The translations under genes and the position numbers were made by a program. Below the pieces are notes generated by a model, which had not been told where the DNA came from, did no database searches, and was given only the letters and a program-made list of their open reading frames with translations. Of a DNA stretch of 64,000 nucleotides, positions 24,673 to 37,542 are shown one piece after another. This stretch comes from Leucoraja erinacea (lineage: Eukaryota), in the NCBI RefSeq assembly GCF_028641065.1, contig NC_073380.1, positions 91,574,001-91,638,000 on the forward strand, given 5' to 3'. Each line of letters begins with the position of its first letter. Position 1 is the stretch's first letter.

Positions 24673-25911
24673 TTTTTGTGACTATCATAGGCTCATGAAC
24701 CATGTGGGTATTCAGCATTGGAGACTGGGGCAACATTTGGTCATGAATCAATAGCAAGAGATCCATTAACAGCAAGTGTGTGCCCATTATATAAGTCAAC
24801 AGTGTAACTCACCACTTGCAGCAAACTCTGGGTGATTAAGCTCTTTGTCTGATGGATATAAAGTTATCGCATGGAATAGTTTCATGGAAGTCTAGGTCAG
24901 TGAACGCCGTGCATTGCCTTCATTTTATCCCTCAGTGAAGATTGCCAAAATTAGATTCTCTTGTCTTAACATGTTACTGCATGTGGGCTGATTTCCTCGT
25001 GCAAATGTCACCTTCATCAAATGTCTACACTTCAATGAAATACGTAATGGGTGGCAAACCACTTTGATAGACCCTGAAAGGGATGCAACAAGAACCATTC
25101 AAATGCAAGACTTTGAAATGACCATTTAGTGCTTGTGATGTTTGTAGACTGGTTCTTTCATGTTAGTAAATTAGAGTGTTTGTTAGTAGTAGCCCCACCT
25201 AGTAAATGTTTTACAATATTAGGAACCTACTACTTATCTAATACTGTGGAGTTCAATACAGATGTGTTGTACCTTTAATAGTGTACAAGTCCGGTAACTA
25301 CATGGTGTCGGAGAAGTGATCTGGACCCATACCGCTGTTTACCGCGATTTATTTATTTTATCAGTTTTATTTTATCATTTTTCTCCCCGTTATGGCCAAC
25401 TGCTGCCGCAAACCTAGCCCTTTGATCTATGATTCAGACATCGCCGAGCGATGGCGCATCTTCCGGTAATTCAGTTCTTAATACATAACATAAAACACCT
25501 ATGGGAAGTGAATCTTTAGTGTTAAGGTACAGTATGCTTTTGTTTAAATAACACCTTTCATAACTAGACTAAAATGAGCAATGCAGCCAACTTGATTGAC
25601 CACATCCAGCATGAAGAAGGGTCTCGACCCGGAACGTCACCCACTCCGTCTATCCAGAGATGCTGCTTGTTCCTCTCAGTTACTCCAGCATTTTATGTTT
25701 ATCTTTGGTGTCAACCAGCATCTGCAGTTCCTTCCTACTGCATAAAGATTCACTCCCTCCACCACCAGGGCATCAGTGAGTGCATGGTGAATTGAAGTGC
25801 AGAACCTATTACCAGTTAATCGGAGTACAATTGCTAACAAAAAGCTTGACCAAGTATTTGAAATTAAAAAAGAGCATACTGAAAAAATGAAAAACAGAAT
25901 ATGAGAATATG

Positions 25912-26120
25912 AGAAGGTAGTTGAGGCCAGTTCATTGGCTATATTTAAGAGGGTGTTAGATGTGACCCTTGTGGCTAAAGGGATCAGGGGGTATGGAGAG
26001 AAGGCAGGTATGGGATACTGAGTTGGATGATCAGCCATGATCATAATGAATGGTGGTGCAGGCTCGAAGGGCCGAATGGCCTACTCCTGCACCTATTTTT
26101 TATGTTTCTATGTTCCTATG
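25912..26120 (+). mobile_element. CR1 family B 3' tail fragment
   Basis: Near-identical to the 3' ends at 22400-22536 and 28730-28932. Confidence 0.85.
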
Positions 26121-26598
26121 ATGACACAAAGCTCTGGAGTAACTCAGCGGGTCAGGTAGCATGACGCAAAAAGCTGGGCTAACTCAGCGGGACAGGTAGC
26201 ATTGCTGGAGAGCATGGAGAGGTGATGTTTCAGGTTGAGTTCCTTCAAAAAGACCCTTCCTACACTTTGTGTCTTTTTTATGTAAAGGAGCAGCTGCAAT
26301 TCCTCATTTTTAAATGCTGAAAAGGATTGTATATTAGGATTGTCACCAAACCGTATGCAAAAAACGAATGTCACTGTACTTGAGTACACGTTGCAATAAA
26401 GTACCATTGAGCCATTGAGGCAGAACATATTTATATTAAACATAAAATACTGGAGGAAGTCAACGGATCAGGAAGCATCTGGGAAGGGAATGGACAAGCA
26501 ATGTCAGTCTGAAGAATTGTCCCAACCTGAAACTTTGTGTGTTCATTCCCTTCACAGATGATGCCTGACCCACTGAGTTCCTCCAGCACTTTGTGTTT

Positions 26599-28067
26599 AT
26601 TTATTTATTTATTTATTTATTTTGTTTATTTTATTACAAGTTAATACAGTACAAAACAGTACAGTGGAACCTAATTTTAGGTGCCAACTATGTAATACCG
26701 TAATCCATTCTATGTACAACCTCTAGTTTTATGCTATGAGAAGGAAAAGAAAACAATAGAAAGAGGAAAAAGTAGAAAAATAGATGGTAGAGAGTAGAAA
26801 AACGTGAAGTGTGTATATAAAAAATAAAAAAGGAAGAGAGAAAGTGGAAAATAGAAATAGAAGAGAAGGCCCCTTAAAAGAGAATTTTTCAAATCTGTAT
26901 TCGGAGATGTAGATCTATCCGCGTCATGAACTGAAATCAGCAATCTTTACGGTACTGCTGCATCACATGATTCCAAAAAGTCGATGAAAGGAGACCAACT
27001 CCTTAAGAATTGGTCATATTTATCTATTAGTCGGAGTCTCATTTCTTCAAGGCGTGCTATGTCCATCATATTCCTAATCCACATTTTAACAGTTGGTGTG
27101 GTTGTATTTTTCCAAAATTTAAGTATCAATTTCTTTCCAATTATTAACCCATAATTAAAAAAAACATTTTGATCTTTATTTAAATTGGTATCTTCTCCTA
27201 TTATTCCAAATATAATCCATTCCGTTTTGGGTTCTATTCTTGACTTGAAAAGCTTTGTAAATATATCAAATATATCACTCCAAAATTTATTCAACTTTGT
27301 ACATCCTACAAATGAATGTGTTATATTAGCGTTTTGAAACAAACATTTATCGCATCTGGGAGAGACGTTTGGATAAAATTTATTCAACCTCGTTTTTGAA
27401 TAATATAGTCTATGTAATAATTTGAATTGATTTAAATTATGTCTTGCATTAATAGAACAGTTATGTGTATTCATCAAATACTTTTCCCATCTATCCTTCG
27501 AGATCTTTATCATTAGCTCATGTTCCCAATCTTCCCTTAGTGCTTCTGTTGAGGGTGATTCTCTATTTAATATATTATTATAAAAGTATGATATTAATTT
27601 TTGTGAATCAGCCTTAATATTCATTGCTTCTTCTAAAGGATCTAAAAATATAGTTTGAAATCTATGTATATATTTCTTCATAAAGTCACATACCTGTATA
27701 TATTTAAAATATTGATTATCCTTCAATTTAAATTTAAATTTTAATTGTTGAAATGATAACAGTTTGCCCACTTCATACATATCCCCTACTTTCCTAATCC
27801 CCAGTCTATCCCATTGTTGATATGTGTTGTCGATGAGAGAAGGTTTGAATGCGGGGTTGTTCAATAGTGGGGTTGGTACTGATAAATTATTTAATTTCAA
27901 GGATACTTTTATTTGTTTCCAAATTCTTATTATATTGTGAATAATTGGGTTCTTCTTATATATTTTACTATTCAATTTTATCAGTGAGAGCAGGATCGTT
28001 CCTATATCGTGCGGATAGCACTCCTCTTTCTCCATTCTTATCCACTACAACTGCTGAGTGGAACTAT
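26599..28067 (-). mobile_element. 5'-truncated L1-clade LINE (ORF2 C-terminus plus 3'UTR) inserted in a Penelope pLTR
   Basis: ORF 26947..28035 with the L1 zinc knuckle CDKC-x8-HSFVGC; (TAAA)n tail; 10-bp TSD CTTTGTGTTT at 26589-26598 and 28068-28077. Confidence 0.9.
26947..28035 (-). pseudogene. L1 ORF2 C-terminal region, 362 codons without a stop
   Basis: QFKLLHRLYYSKTRL...RCDKC...HSFVGC..LNKFW motifs typical of fish-type L1; EN and RT domains are absent through truncation. Confidence 0.85.
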
Positions 28068-28486
28068 CTTTGTGTTTTGCTCAAGATTCCAGCATTTGCA
28101 ATTTATTGTGTTTCTGCCTACATATACTAAATAGTTTCTTTCTTTTCTATTTCTGATGAAGGGTCACATTCTTGAAGCATTGGATGTTTCTCTCCATAGA
28201 TGCTGTCTAACCTGCTGAGTGTTGGTAGCATTTTTTGTTGTTATTTCAGATTTCTGGTATTTTCATTTGAAAACAAATAACTGAACATGTATTGGTCAAG
28301 GAGTTGACACAGAAAGCTATAGGTGCTTGAGATGACTTTGTAATTCAAACCCTTAAAGTTAAGACAATTTATTACAAATAAAATAGGGATTTTTTAAAGG
28401 GCACTTGGAACAGAAACTGAAGAAATTACAACAACTTCTCCCAATAAAAGCAGGGAAAACTCCCCCGAGAAATGCAATGAGTGGTT

Positions 28487-28932
28487 ACTGGATAGACTTG
28501 GATTGTACTCGATAGAATTGAAAAGATTGAGGGGGGATCTTATAGAAACTTACAAAATTCTTAAGGGGTTGGACATGCTAGATGCAGGAAGATTGTTCCC
28601 GATGTTGGGGAAGTCCAGGACAAGGGGTCACAGTTTAAGGATAAAGGGGAAATCTTTTAGGACCGAGATGAGAAAAACATTTTTTACACAGAGAGTGGTG
28701 AATCTCTGGAACTCTCTGCCACAGAGGGTAGCTGAGGCCAGTTCATTGGCTATATTTAAGAGGGAGTTAGATGTGGCCCTTGTGGCTAAAGGGATCAGGG
28801 GGTATGGAGAGAAGGCAGGTACAGGATACTGAGTTGGATGATCATCCATGATCATATTGAATGCCGGTGCAGGCTCGAAGGGCCGAATGGCCTACTCCTG
28901 CACCTATTTTCTATGTTTTTATGTTTCTATGT
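28487..28932 (+). mobile_element. CR1-like LINE 3' end (family B)
   Basis: ORF 28503..28832. Confidence 0.9.
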
Positions 28933-29189
28933 TAGGAGCTCCTATGAAATACAATGCATTCATAATCTCACATTATCACAGAATATCTTGCTAGGTGATA
29001 ATTAGGTACAGCTAATGCTGTATCACAGGAAAGAGCAATCATTTTAGGGACAGTTCCAGTTTAGTTTATTGTCTCGTGTCTGAGGTACAGTGAAATGGTA
29101 GAGTGACACCAAGGTCTCAGAAGTAACAATGTGACAATGAGATTATGTCCTTTTATCATTTGGTTGGATGGTGGTCAGTACCCCATTAA

Positions 29190-30320
29190 ACATCTCTGCT
29201 CTTCTTTGAAATCAGCAATTGGGAGTTTTTTATACCCAACCCAGCAGAGCAGATAGCATACAGAGGTGCAACTGGTCAAGTCAAGTCAAGTTTATTTGTC
29301 ACATACACATACGAGATGTGCAGTGAAATGAAAGTGGCAATGCTCGCGGAACAACAAAACAACCTAACAAATTATAAACACAATCATAACACACATATTA
29401 TTTTACATAATAAATAATAGAAGGAAAAACGTTCTGTATAGTTAGTCCCTGGTGAGAAAGGCGGTTACAGTCCGAATTGCCTCTGGGAAGAAACTCCTTC
29501 TCAACCTCTCCGTTCTCACTGCATGGCAACGGAGGCGTTTGCCTGACCGTAGCGGCTGGAACAGTCCGTTGCAGGGGTGGAAGAGGTCTCTCATGATTTT
29601 GTTTGCTCTGGAGTTGCACCTCCTGTTGTATAGTTCCTGCAGGGGGGTGAGTGAAGTTCCCATAGTGCGTTCGGCCGAACGCACTACTCTCTGCAGAGCC
29701 TTCTTGTCCTTGGCAGAGCAATTCCCGAACCAGATGGTAATGTTCCCGGACAAGATGCTTTCCACCGCCGCTGCGTAGAAGCACTGGAGGATCCTCGGAG
29801 ACACTCTGAATTTCCTCAATTGCCTGAGATGGTAAAGGCGCTGCCTTGCCTTACTCACCAGTGCTGAGGCGTGTGATGTCGAGCTGATGCCTCAAAGCAC
29901 CAGACACCCAGGTTTGATCCTGACTTTGGGTGCTGTATGGAGTTTTCACGCTCACCCAGTGACTGCCTGGGTTTCCTCTGGGTGCTCCAATTCCCTCCCA
30001 CATCCCAAAGTTGCGGGTTTGTCGGTTAATTGGCACCCATAATTTGCCCCCTAGTACATAAGGAGTGGATGAGAAAGTGGAATAACATGGAACAGTTGTG
30101 AACGGGTGATGAATGATCAGCATAGACTCAGAGGGCCGGAGGGCCGGTTTCCATGCTATATCTCTCAAAACTTAAAAAAAAAAAAAGAAATTTCATCTGA
30201 ATGACCTTTGATTTTATAGCACTCCGTCAGTATTGACAGGAATGATGATCTCGGTTGAAAGTCAAGCCTCGGGAATGGGACCCAGAAGAAAGGGTGCTAC
30301 CAATATAGCAAGGGCTGACG
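29190..30320. mobile_element. Nested insertion: old Deu-domain SINE (minus) > V-SINE (plus) > Rex1/Babar LINE (minus)
   Basis: DeuSINE-like halves at about 29190-29254 and 30190-30320; SINE head at about 29255-29275 resumes at 29881; LINE lies between them. Confidence 0.65.
29276..29880 (-). mobile_element. Rex1/Babar-like LINE 3' end
   Basis: ORF 29442..29858 KARQRLYHLRQLRKF...VESILSGNITIWFGNC...SGKRLR...SFFPEAIR; (ACTTG)n tail. Confidence 0.85.
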
Positions 30321-30630
30321 TATAAAGTAGATTTTTCTCTCTGTGTCGATATGTAAATGGATGGGACAATATTTTTTTAATAACTGGTTCAAAACCTGTT
30401 GTATGACACACTAGTCAATGTATTATTGTAAAGCTACAGATCAATTTGTCGAGTTCAGTCGTAGTTTTCATGATCCTTGTGCAGAATAAGAGAGGGAGAA
30501 TGTTTGTGAATTACCATTCTTTGTTATTTTCTTTAGAATTTAGTTTAGAGCATAGGAAACAGTGCCCTTCGGCCCACCAAATCTATGCTGACCATTGATC
30601 AATATCCGCATTACCCCGGGAATGCCATGT

Positions 30631-31025
30631 AAACTTACAAAATTCTTAAGGGGTTGGACAGGCTAGATGCAGGAAGATTGTTCCCGATGTTAGGGAAGTC
30701 CAGGACAAGGGGTCACAGCTTAAGGATAAAGGGGAAATCCTTTAAAACCAAGATGAGAAGAACTTTTTTCACACAGAGAGTGGTGAATCTCTGGAACTCT
30801 CTGCCACAGAGGGTAGTTGAGGCCAGTTAATTGGCTATATTTAAGAGGGAGTTAGATGGGGCCCTTGTGGCTAAGGGGATCAGGGGGTATGGAGAGAAGG
30901 CAGGTACGGGATACTGAGTTGGATGATCAGCCATGATCATATTGAATGGCGGTGCAGGCTCGAAGGGCCGAATGGCCTACTCCTGCACCTAATTTCTATG
31001 TTTCTATGTTTCTATGTTTCCTATT
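30631..31025 (+). mobile_element. CR1-like LINE 3' end (family B)
   Basis: Matches the other family B copies; (TTTCTATG)n tail. Confidence 0.9.
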
Positions 31026-31501
31026 TCAGCCTGTGTGCTTGAATATGTCCAATTAATCCTGCAAAACTGGACAATGAAATACAATTGGTTGAATTTACCA
31101 AGGTGTCATTCAGTAAAAGTTAATAAAATACCTTGTAAATAAAATTAAAAAAATCACCTCCATTACATTTAACCTATTTGAAGTGAGATATGTATTCAAT
31201 TGAGCCTATTTAAAATCATTTCAACATAAACCAAATTATAATCCCAGTTGTAATTCACATCCAAACATAAATCTATGTAGTTAGACACAAAATGTTGGAG
31301 TAACTCAGTGGGACAGGCACCATTTCTGGAGAGAAGGAATGGGTGCCCTATTGGGTCGAGATCTTTCTTCAGATTCACTAGCAGGCCCTTAATCTATGTA
31401 GTGATACCCAATTAAATCTGCATTATAATTCCAACACCAATATTTTACAAATTATGTTGAAAATTATGATCAAGACTCAAATCAAAATATCAATCTGAAT
31501 T

Positions 31502-32116
31502 ATAACCATATAACCATATAACAATTACAGCACGGAAACAGGCCATCTCGGCCCTACAAGTCCATGCCGAACAAATTTTTTTCCCCTTAGTCCCACCTGC
31601 CTGCACTCATACCATAACCCTCCATTCCCTTCTCATCCATATGCCTATCCAATTTATTTTTAAATGATACCAATGAACCTGCCTCCACCACTTCCACTGG
31701 GAGCTCATTCCACACCGCTACCACTCTCTGCGTAAAGAAGTTCCCCCTCATATTACCCCTAAACTTCTGTCCCTTAATTCTGAAGTCATGTCCTCTTGTT
31801 TGAATCTTCCCTATTCTCAAAGGGAAAAGCTCGTCCACATCAACTCTGTCTATCCCTCTCATCATTTTAAAGACCTCTATCAGGTCCCCCCTTAACCTTC
31901 TGTGCTCCAGAGAATAAAGACCTAACTTATTCAACCTATCTCTGTAACTTAGTTGTTGAAACCCAGGCAACATTCTAGTAAATCTCCTCTGTACTCTCTC
32001 TATTTTGTTGACATCCTTCCTATAATTGGGTGAACAAAATTGTACACCATACTCCAGATTTGGTCTCACCAATGCCTTGTACAATTTTAACATTACATCC
32101 CAGCTTCTATACTCAG
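31502..32116 (-). mobile_element. CR1-like LINE 3' end (family A)
   Basis: ORF 31587..32297 from EYRSWDVMLKLYKALVRP onward. Confidence 0.9.
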
Positions 32117-32477
32117 CTTCTATACTATTATAAAACACACCAGAATCCAAATTACAATCTGATTTATAATCCATACCTAAAATCAAATACCAATCTAAAT
32201 TAGCCAAAGTATAATCCACAACAAAATCCGAAATTAGAATTAGAATTGCTTTGGAATCCAAATTGCAAACTGATTTATAATCCAGATTAGAATCCAAATT
32301 ATATCCAAAATTAAAATGGTGATAAAATACAAATCAAATATTCACAAATCACACTCACAAATTACAAATCTGAAACATGCCACAAAGTATTTCCAATTAT
32401 ATCCTAAATGATAATCCACATACAAAACTAAATTACAATTTGAATTGCAAGATTAAATTGCAAGATCTAAATGGATC

Positions 32478-32903
32478 TTCTTGATTTATATTCACTGGAA
32501 TTTAGAAAGATGAGAGGGGATCTTATAGAAGCATATACAATTCTTAAGGGTAGGCTAGGTGCAGGAAAAATGCTCCGTATGTTGGGGGAGTCCAGATCTA
32601 GAGGTCACAGTTTAAGAATAAAGGGTAGGCCATTTAGGACGGAGATGAGGAAAGACTTTTTCTCCCACAGAGTTGTGAATCTGTGGAATTCTCTGCTACA
32701 GAAGGCAGTGGAGGCCATTTCACTGGATGTATTCAAGAGAGAGTTAGATATACTCTTTTAGGGCTAATGGAATCAAGGGAAAGGGGGAGAGAGCATGAAC
32801 ATTGTACTGATTCTGCATGATCAGCCATGATCATATTGAATGGCGGTACTGGCTCGAAGGGCCAAATGGCCTACTCCTGTACCTATTTTCTATGTTTCTA
32901 TGT
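32478..32903 (+). mobile_element. CR1-like LINE 3' end
   Basis: ORF 32471..32761 LYSLEFRKMRGDLIEAY. Confidence 0.85.
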
Positions 32904-33897
32904 TTATATATTTCTAAATTGTAATCAGACATTATAGATCACAGAATCTGATTTACAGTATAAATTAGAATGCAAATCTGACTTTATACTGGAATCTGAT
33001 TTATTATACACATCTATATCCACATCAGAATATAAGTAATAATCAACAACATATTCTGAAATAGAATCTAAACTAATACGCAGATCAGTATCCAAATTAC
33101 AGTTTTAATTGTACTCCATATCAGAGTACAGAAAGTGAAGATTACAGCAATTCAAGAAGGGATTCCAATATGAAAATACATTCAAGGTGAGTTATGATGC
33201 AGTGACTAGATTCTGTCATGAATTATATTTCAGATGATAAAAGGAATCTGCACGGACTTTTTTCTTAAACCTGACTACCTTTTTTTTCTTAAATAAATGA
33301 AAACTTCCAGCAGAAGTATCAAATAAATCATTTCAAATTAAAAGCACGCCTTCCTTCCATTGTTTTTCTTGTTGTGGTAGGCATTAAGTTATTAATTTTA
33401 GAACGATGCATGAATTTAGGAATTCCTTATACTGTATATTACAAACTATTACATGTATTGTATATAAACATATCAATATGTGTACATAACAGCACTCTGA
33501 ATGGAAAAGTGAAACTGATGGAAATTGCCGTATAATGAATAAAACCGTATTGTTTTGTATTGTATTAATGCAATATTGCAAGCTGAAAAATTGTTTCTGA
33601 ACCCCGGCTTTGGTTATACAGCAATGCAATAGAAGGGTGCAAATGAGCGAAGGAGCAAGCTAAGGAAATCCAATTGTACTATAAACCTGAGCAAAATGAC
33701 AATTACCATTTTCAAATCTTATTGTGTTTAAGGAATACTGGTGGCTAGAGCAGTTGAAAGGCCTCGAGATCTTTGTTCCTGGAAAGATAGGCTGCACTAA
33801 GAGAAATAATCTAAATATAATCTATATCCTGTTTATTATCAATAAAACAAAACCGCTCAATGAAACACATTTGAGAGAGAGGAACGAGGTAGGTTAT

Positions 33898-33898
<1 letters not shown>

Positions 33899-33952
<54 letters not shown>
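33899..33952. repeat. Poly-C homopolymer (54 nt)
   Basis: Direct read. Other C/G runs at about 34582-34611 and 61846-61867. Confidence 0.9.
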
Positions 33953-35914
33953 ACACTTTACTGGTGCAATCCATCTCTTCTCTATTGATTTACTGCGTGA
34001 TCACTCCGTTTACATGCTAATTACATGTGGCTCCAGTGGATTTGTTAGTGGTGACAAGTTGGGGCACAGTGGGACTACAGCTCATTATATAGTGATGTCC
34101 AGATACATCAGATATTATTAACTGTCATTAATCTGCCATACCGGCACTGAATGCACAAATACACGCGGGCAGGAAATAAAGTGTGCAAATGATGACTAAT
34201 AGCACCTTGACCCAGGAGGTTGAGGGTCACAACAGGCAGAGAGAGAAAAAAATATATTTTAAAAGACAAATCTGGTAGTTGGATCTCTATGGAAAGGATA
34301 TAAGTAAATGGAGGCATCTAGTCAGAGGCTAGGAGCCTCATTAATACAAGGTTCAGGTGAAGTGATTGTTGTTTGATGAACTCTTGGGCACCCACTGGTT
34401 CAGTGTGGATATTGAATGAAATGGAGTAAATGGTATAATTACTATGATCTTTCTTTAAAATCAATGTGGAGCCTTTTGGGTATGGTGCTCAGTAAATTGA
34501 GTTCCTTTTGTACCAATTGAATGAGGTTTGTATAAACTCTGGGGGTGCCTTTCAGTTTCATCCTAAGCAGGAATGGTAAAAGGGGGGGGGTGGGGGGGGG
34601 GGGGGGGGGGGTCAACCTGGTTGGCTTTGTTGTCAGTAATGAATAGAGGGGGAGCAGCAGACTGCAAGGAACGATCAGTGGGACAGATTGAACCTTCTAA
34701 TCCACAGCCTATTCTGTATGTTTTCTTTCTTTTTAAGAAAGAAAGGGCAATGCTGGCTATAAACGAACAACAGGCAGCTTGCCTGTGTATCCGGCTGCGC
34801 TGAACCTATCAAGAAATGAAATATACACTGTCCTTCCTTTCATATACCTCAGGATTTTCTTACAATTTCCTCCACAGTTTATATGCATTTAATCTTCAAA
34901 AGGTGATGGCACCATCAATTATTACTGAAATGTTGCCGGCCATCTTTTCCCTCTGGGACCTGAAAAATTACCTCAGAATCAAAAGGAGAGAAGGAAAACC
35001 ACTTTTCCAATACATTTTCAGACAAGCACAAAAAAAAAAATAAAGGGCTGGTAGATAGAGTATTTTATGCCTAATGTTCAGTTATAAAATAATGTCTTAG
35101 GAGGTCGAACTACATGAATAGTGAATGCAATTGAAGGCTCATTTGAATAATCCCCCAATATATTTTATTCTGCTATGATTCCCATTAATGGAGTCATTAC
35201 ATGGAACATCCAAAGCAAGTTTGTCTGTTTTTAATCATCCCACAATTTTCATGCAAGATGAATAAATACTGATTTATATTCCTCATTCATATTGCGAGAA
35301 TTAATTAACTTGCCTAGATAATAATTAAGCTGCAAACTACAACTGCTTGCTGTGACCCTTGCTTACGTTATGAGTCAGCGACACAATGCAAAAATATTAA
35401 ACACATTTACAATACCACTCAACCATTTAGATATATTAAATGTAAAGAATAAAATGTTAACGTTTACCTTTGAATGTAAATTACTACATGTGATAAATAA
35501 TTTATTTTTTACCTTCATAGAAAATAAAATTATTTTACCATTTATTACTATTTTCTTGGATTCTGTGCAGGTCTTCTTACTCCATATCAATATTTATTAT
35601 TTAATAATGGATATGATTGAAGGATGTTTTGTATTGCTATAGTGTTAATCAATATCGATGATTCCCGCAAAAATAAACTAAACTTCCCTGAGAAATAGGC
35701 AATTTTATTGCATGAATTTGTGGAGTCACATCAGGGATAGTACAATTAACATGGTCTCTTGCAGATATAGTAACTATCATCATTTTGAAAGTCAAAAACA
35801 AATGCTGCAGATGCTGTGTATCTGAACTACAAACTGGAGATTCTCAACATGTCAGATAGCATCTATGAAGCATAGAGCAATGCTGTTCCTTCAGAAAAAG
35901 AAAAAAGTTGTTTG

Positions 35915-36150
35915 GGCAGCAAAGTGGCGCAGCGGTACCATTGCTACCTTGCAGCACCAGAGACCTGGGTTTGATTCTGACTACGGGATGCTGACTGACT
36001 CCAAAGACATATAGGTTTGTAGGTTAATTGGTTTTGGTAAATATTGTAAATTACCCCAAGTGTGTAGGCTAGTGCTAGTGTATGAAGTGATCACTGATCG
36101 ACGCTGACTGGGTGGGATAAAGGGCCTGTTTTACTGCTGTAACGGAAATC
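35915..36150 (+). mobile_element. V-SINE-like element, degenerate
   Basis: GTGGCGCAGCGGTA A box, GGTTTGATTC B box, shared body. Confidence 0.75.
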
Positions 36151-36754
36151 TAATCTCAAAGTTAGAAGCAATGATGCTCTAAGTAGCTTCTTTATCTTTA
36201 TAACTTAAAACATCTGATTTCACAATTTTCCTAGAAAGTTCATAGACTTGTAATAGACTGTTTCACTCTCTCTACACCTGCTGAGTATTTATAGTATTTT
36301 CATTTTTATATCACTTTAAGTGTGCTGTCTCATATTAAAATCAACATGCTGTCTAGATCAGTGGCCATCTAAATGTGGATGTGTTGAAATCTCTTTCTGA
36401 TTATCATCTGCCATTTATTTTCAGCTGATAAATCTGTATACCTCCCATGTTGAACAATGTTTAGCAGAGGCACTGACAAGCAACAAGGCGTGAAATGTAC
36501 TCGAAGTGAGATTGTCCATACACATCACTATGTGTAGTTTGGTAGGACCACCATGGAGAGCTGGCCCATTGCTGAACGATATAGCTGACAGATTGTGTCT
36601 GTGACAGACATGGATAAATCTATGTCTATATCTATGGATCTATATCTATGGATAGGTCTCGACCCGAAACGTTGCCTATTTCCTTCGCTCCATAGATGCT
36701 GCCTCACCCGCTGAGTTTCTCCAGCATTTTTGTCTACCCTGGATAAATTTACTT

Positions 36755-37068
36755 GAGTTTTAGTTTAAGTTTTAGAGATACGGCGCAGAAACAGGCCCTT
36801 CAGCCCGCCGAGTCTGCACCGACCAGCGACCCCAGCACATTAACACTATCCTACACACTAGGGACAATTTACACATACCTCAAGCCAATTAACCTACGTA
36901 CCTGTACGACTTTGGGGTGTGGGAGGAAACCGAAAATCTCAGAGAAAACCCACGTGGCCATGGGTAGAATGTATAAACTCCGTACAGACAGCACCCATAG
37001 TCGGGATCAAACCGGGTCTCCAATGCTGCAAGCACTGTAAGGCGGCAACTATAATGCTGCGCCACCAT
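36755..37068 (-). mobile_element. V-SINE/HE1-like element
   Basis: Full head, body and (TAAAC)n tail on the minus strand. Confidence 0.85.
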
Positions 37069-37542
37069 AGGCACCTACGGTGGTCATGCCTACATGCCCA
37101 TGCCTTTATCAACCTAGTTGCTGCAGATGGTTAACCATTAGCATATTGGTAGATGTAACCTCTGCACTGTCCTTAAGGAGATAGGGTCCTGTAAATATAT
37201 TACAATGCACTCTTCATTGTCAGCTGAGAGGGGTTGGTAATGGAGTTCAGCATAGCAACAGGCCACTTCAACCCGACTATCATTGTGCTGTGTGGCATCA
37301 CCACCATGCTAACTGGAATGAACACAGAACAAACTAAGCTGAATATCATGAAGTGCTAGTGAACACCAGCAGTGGAATTATAGCCCATCAGGAACTACAC
37401 CCTGATATCTCTCAGTGTAACATTAATAGTACTAAGTCAGGAATTATTCAATTATTCAATTATTGAAGAGTCCAGAAGAACAGGCATGCAGCAGTATCAG
37501 GCATATGTCTAAAGATGGGGATGTTGTAGCTAAAGCATTACA

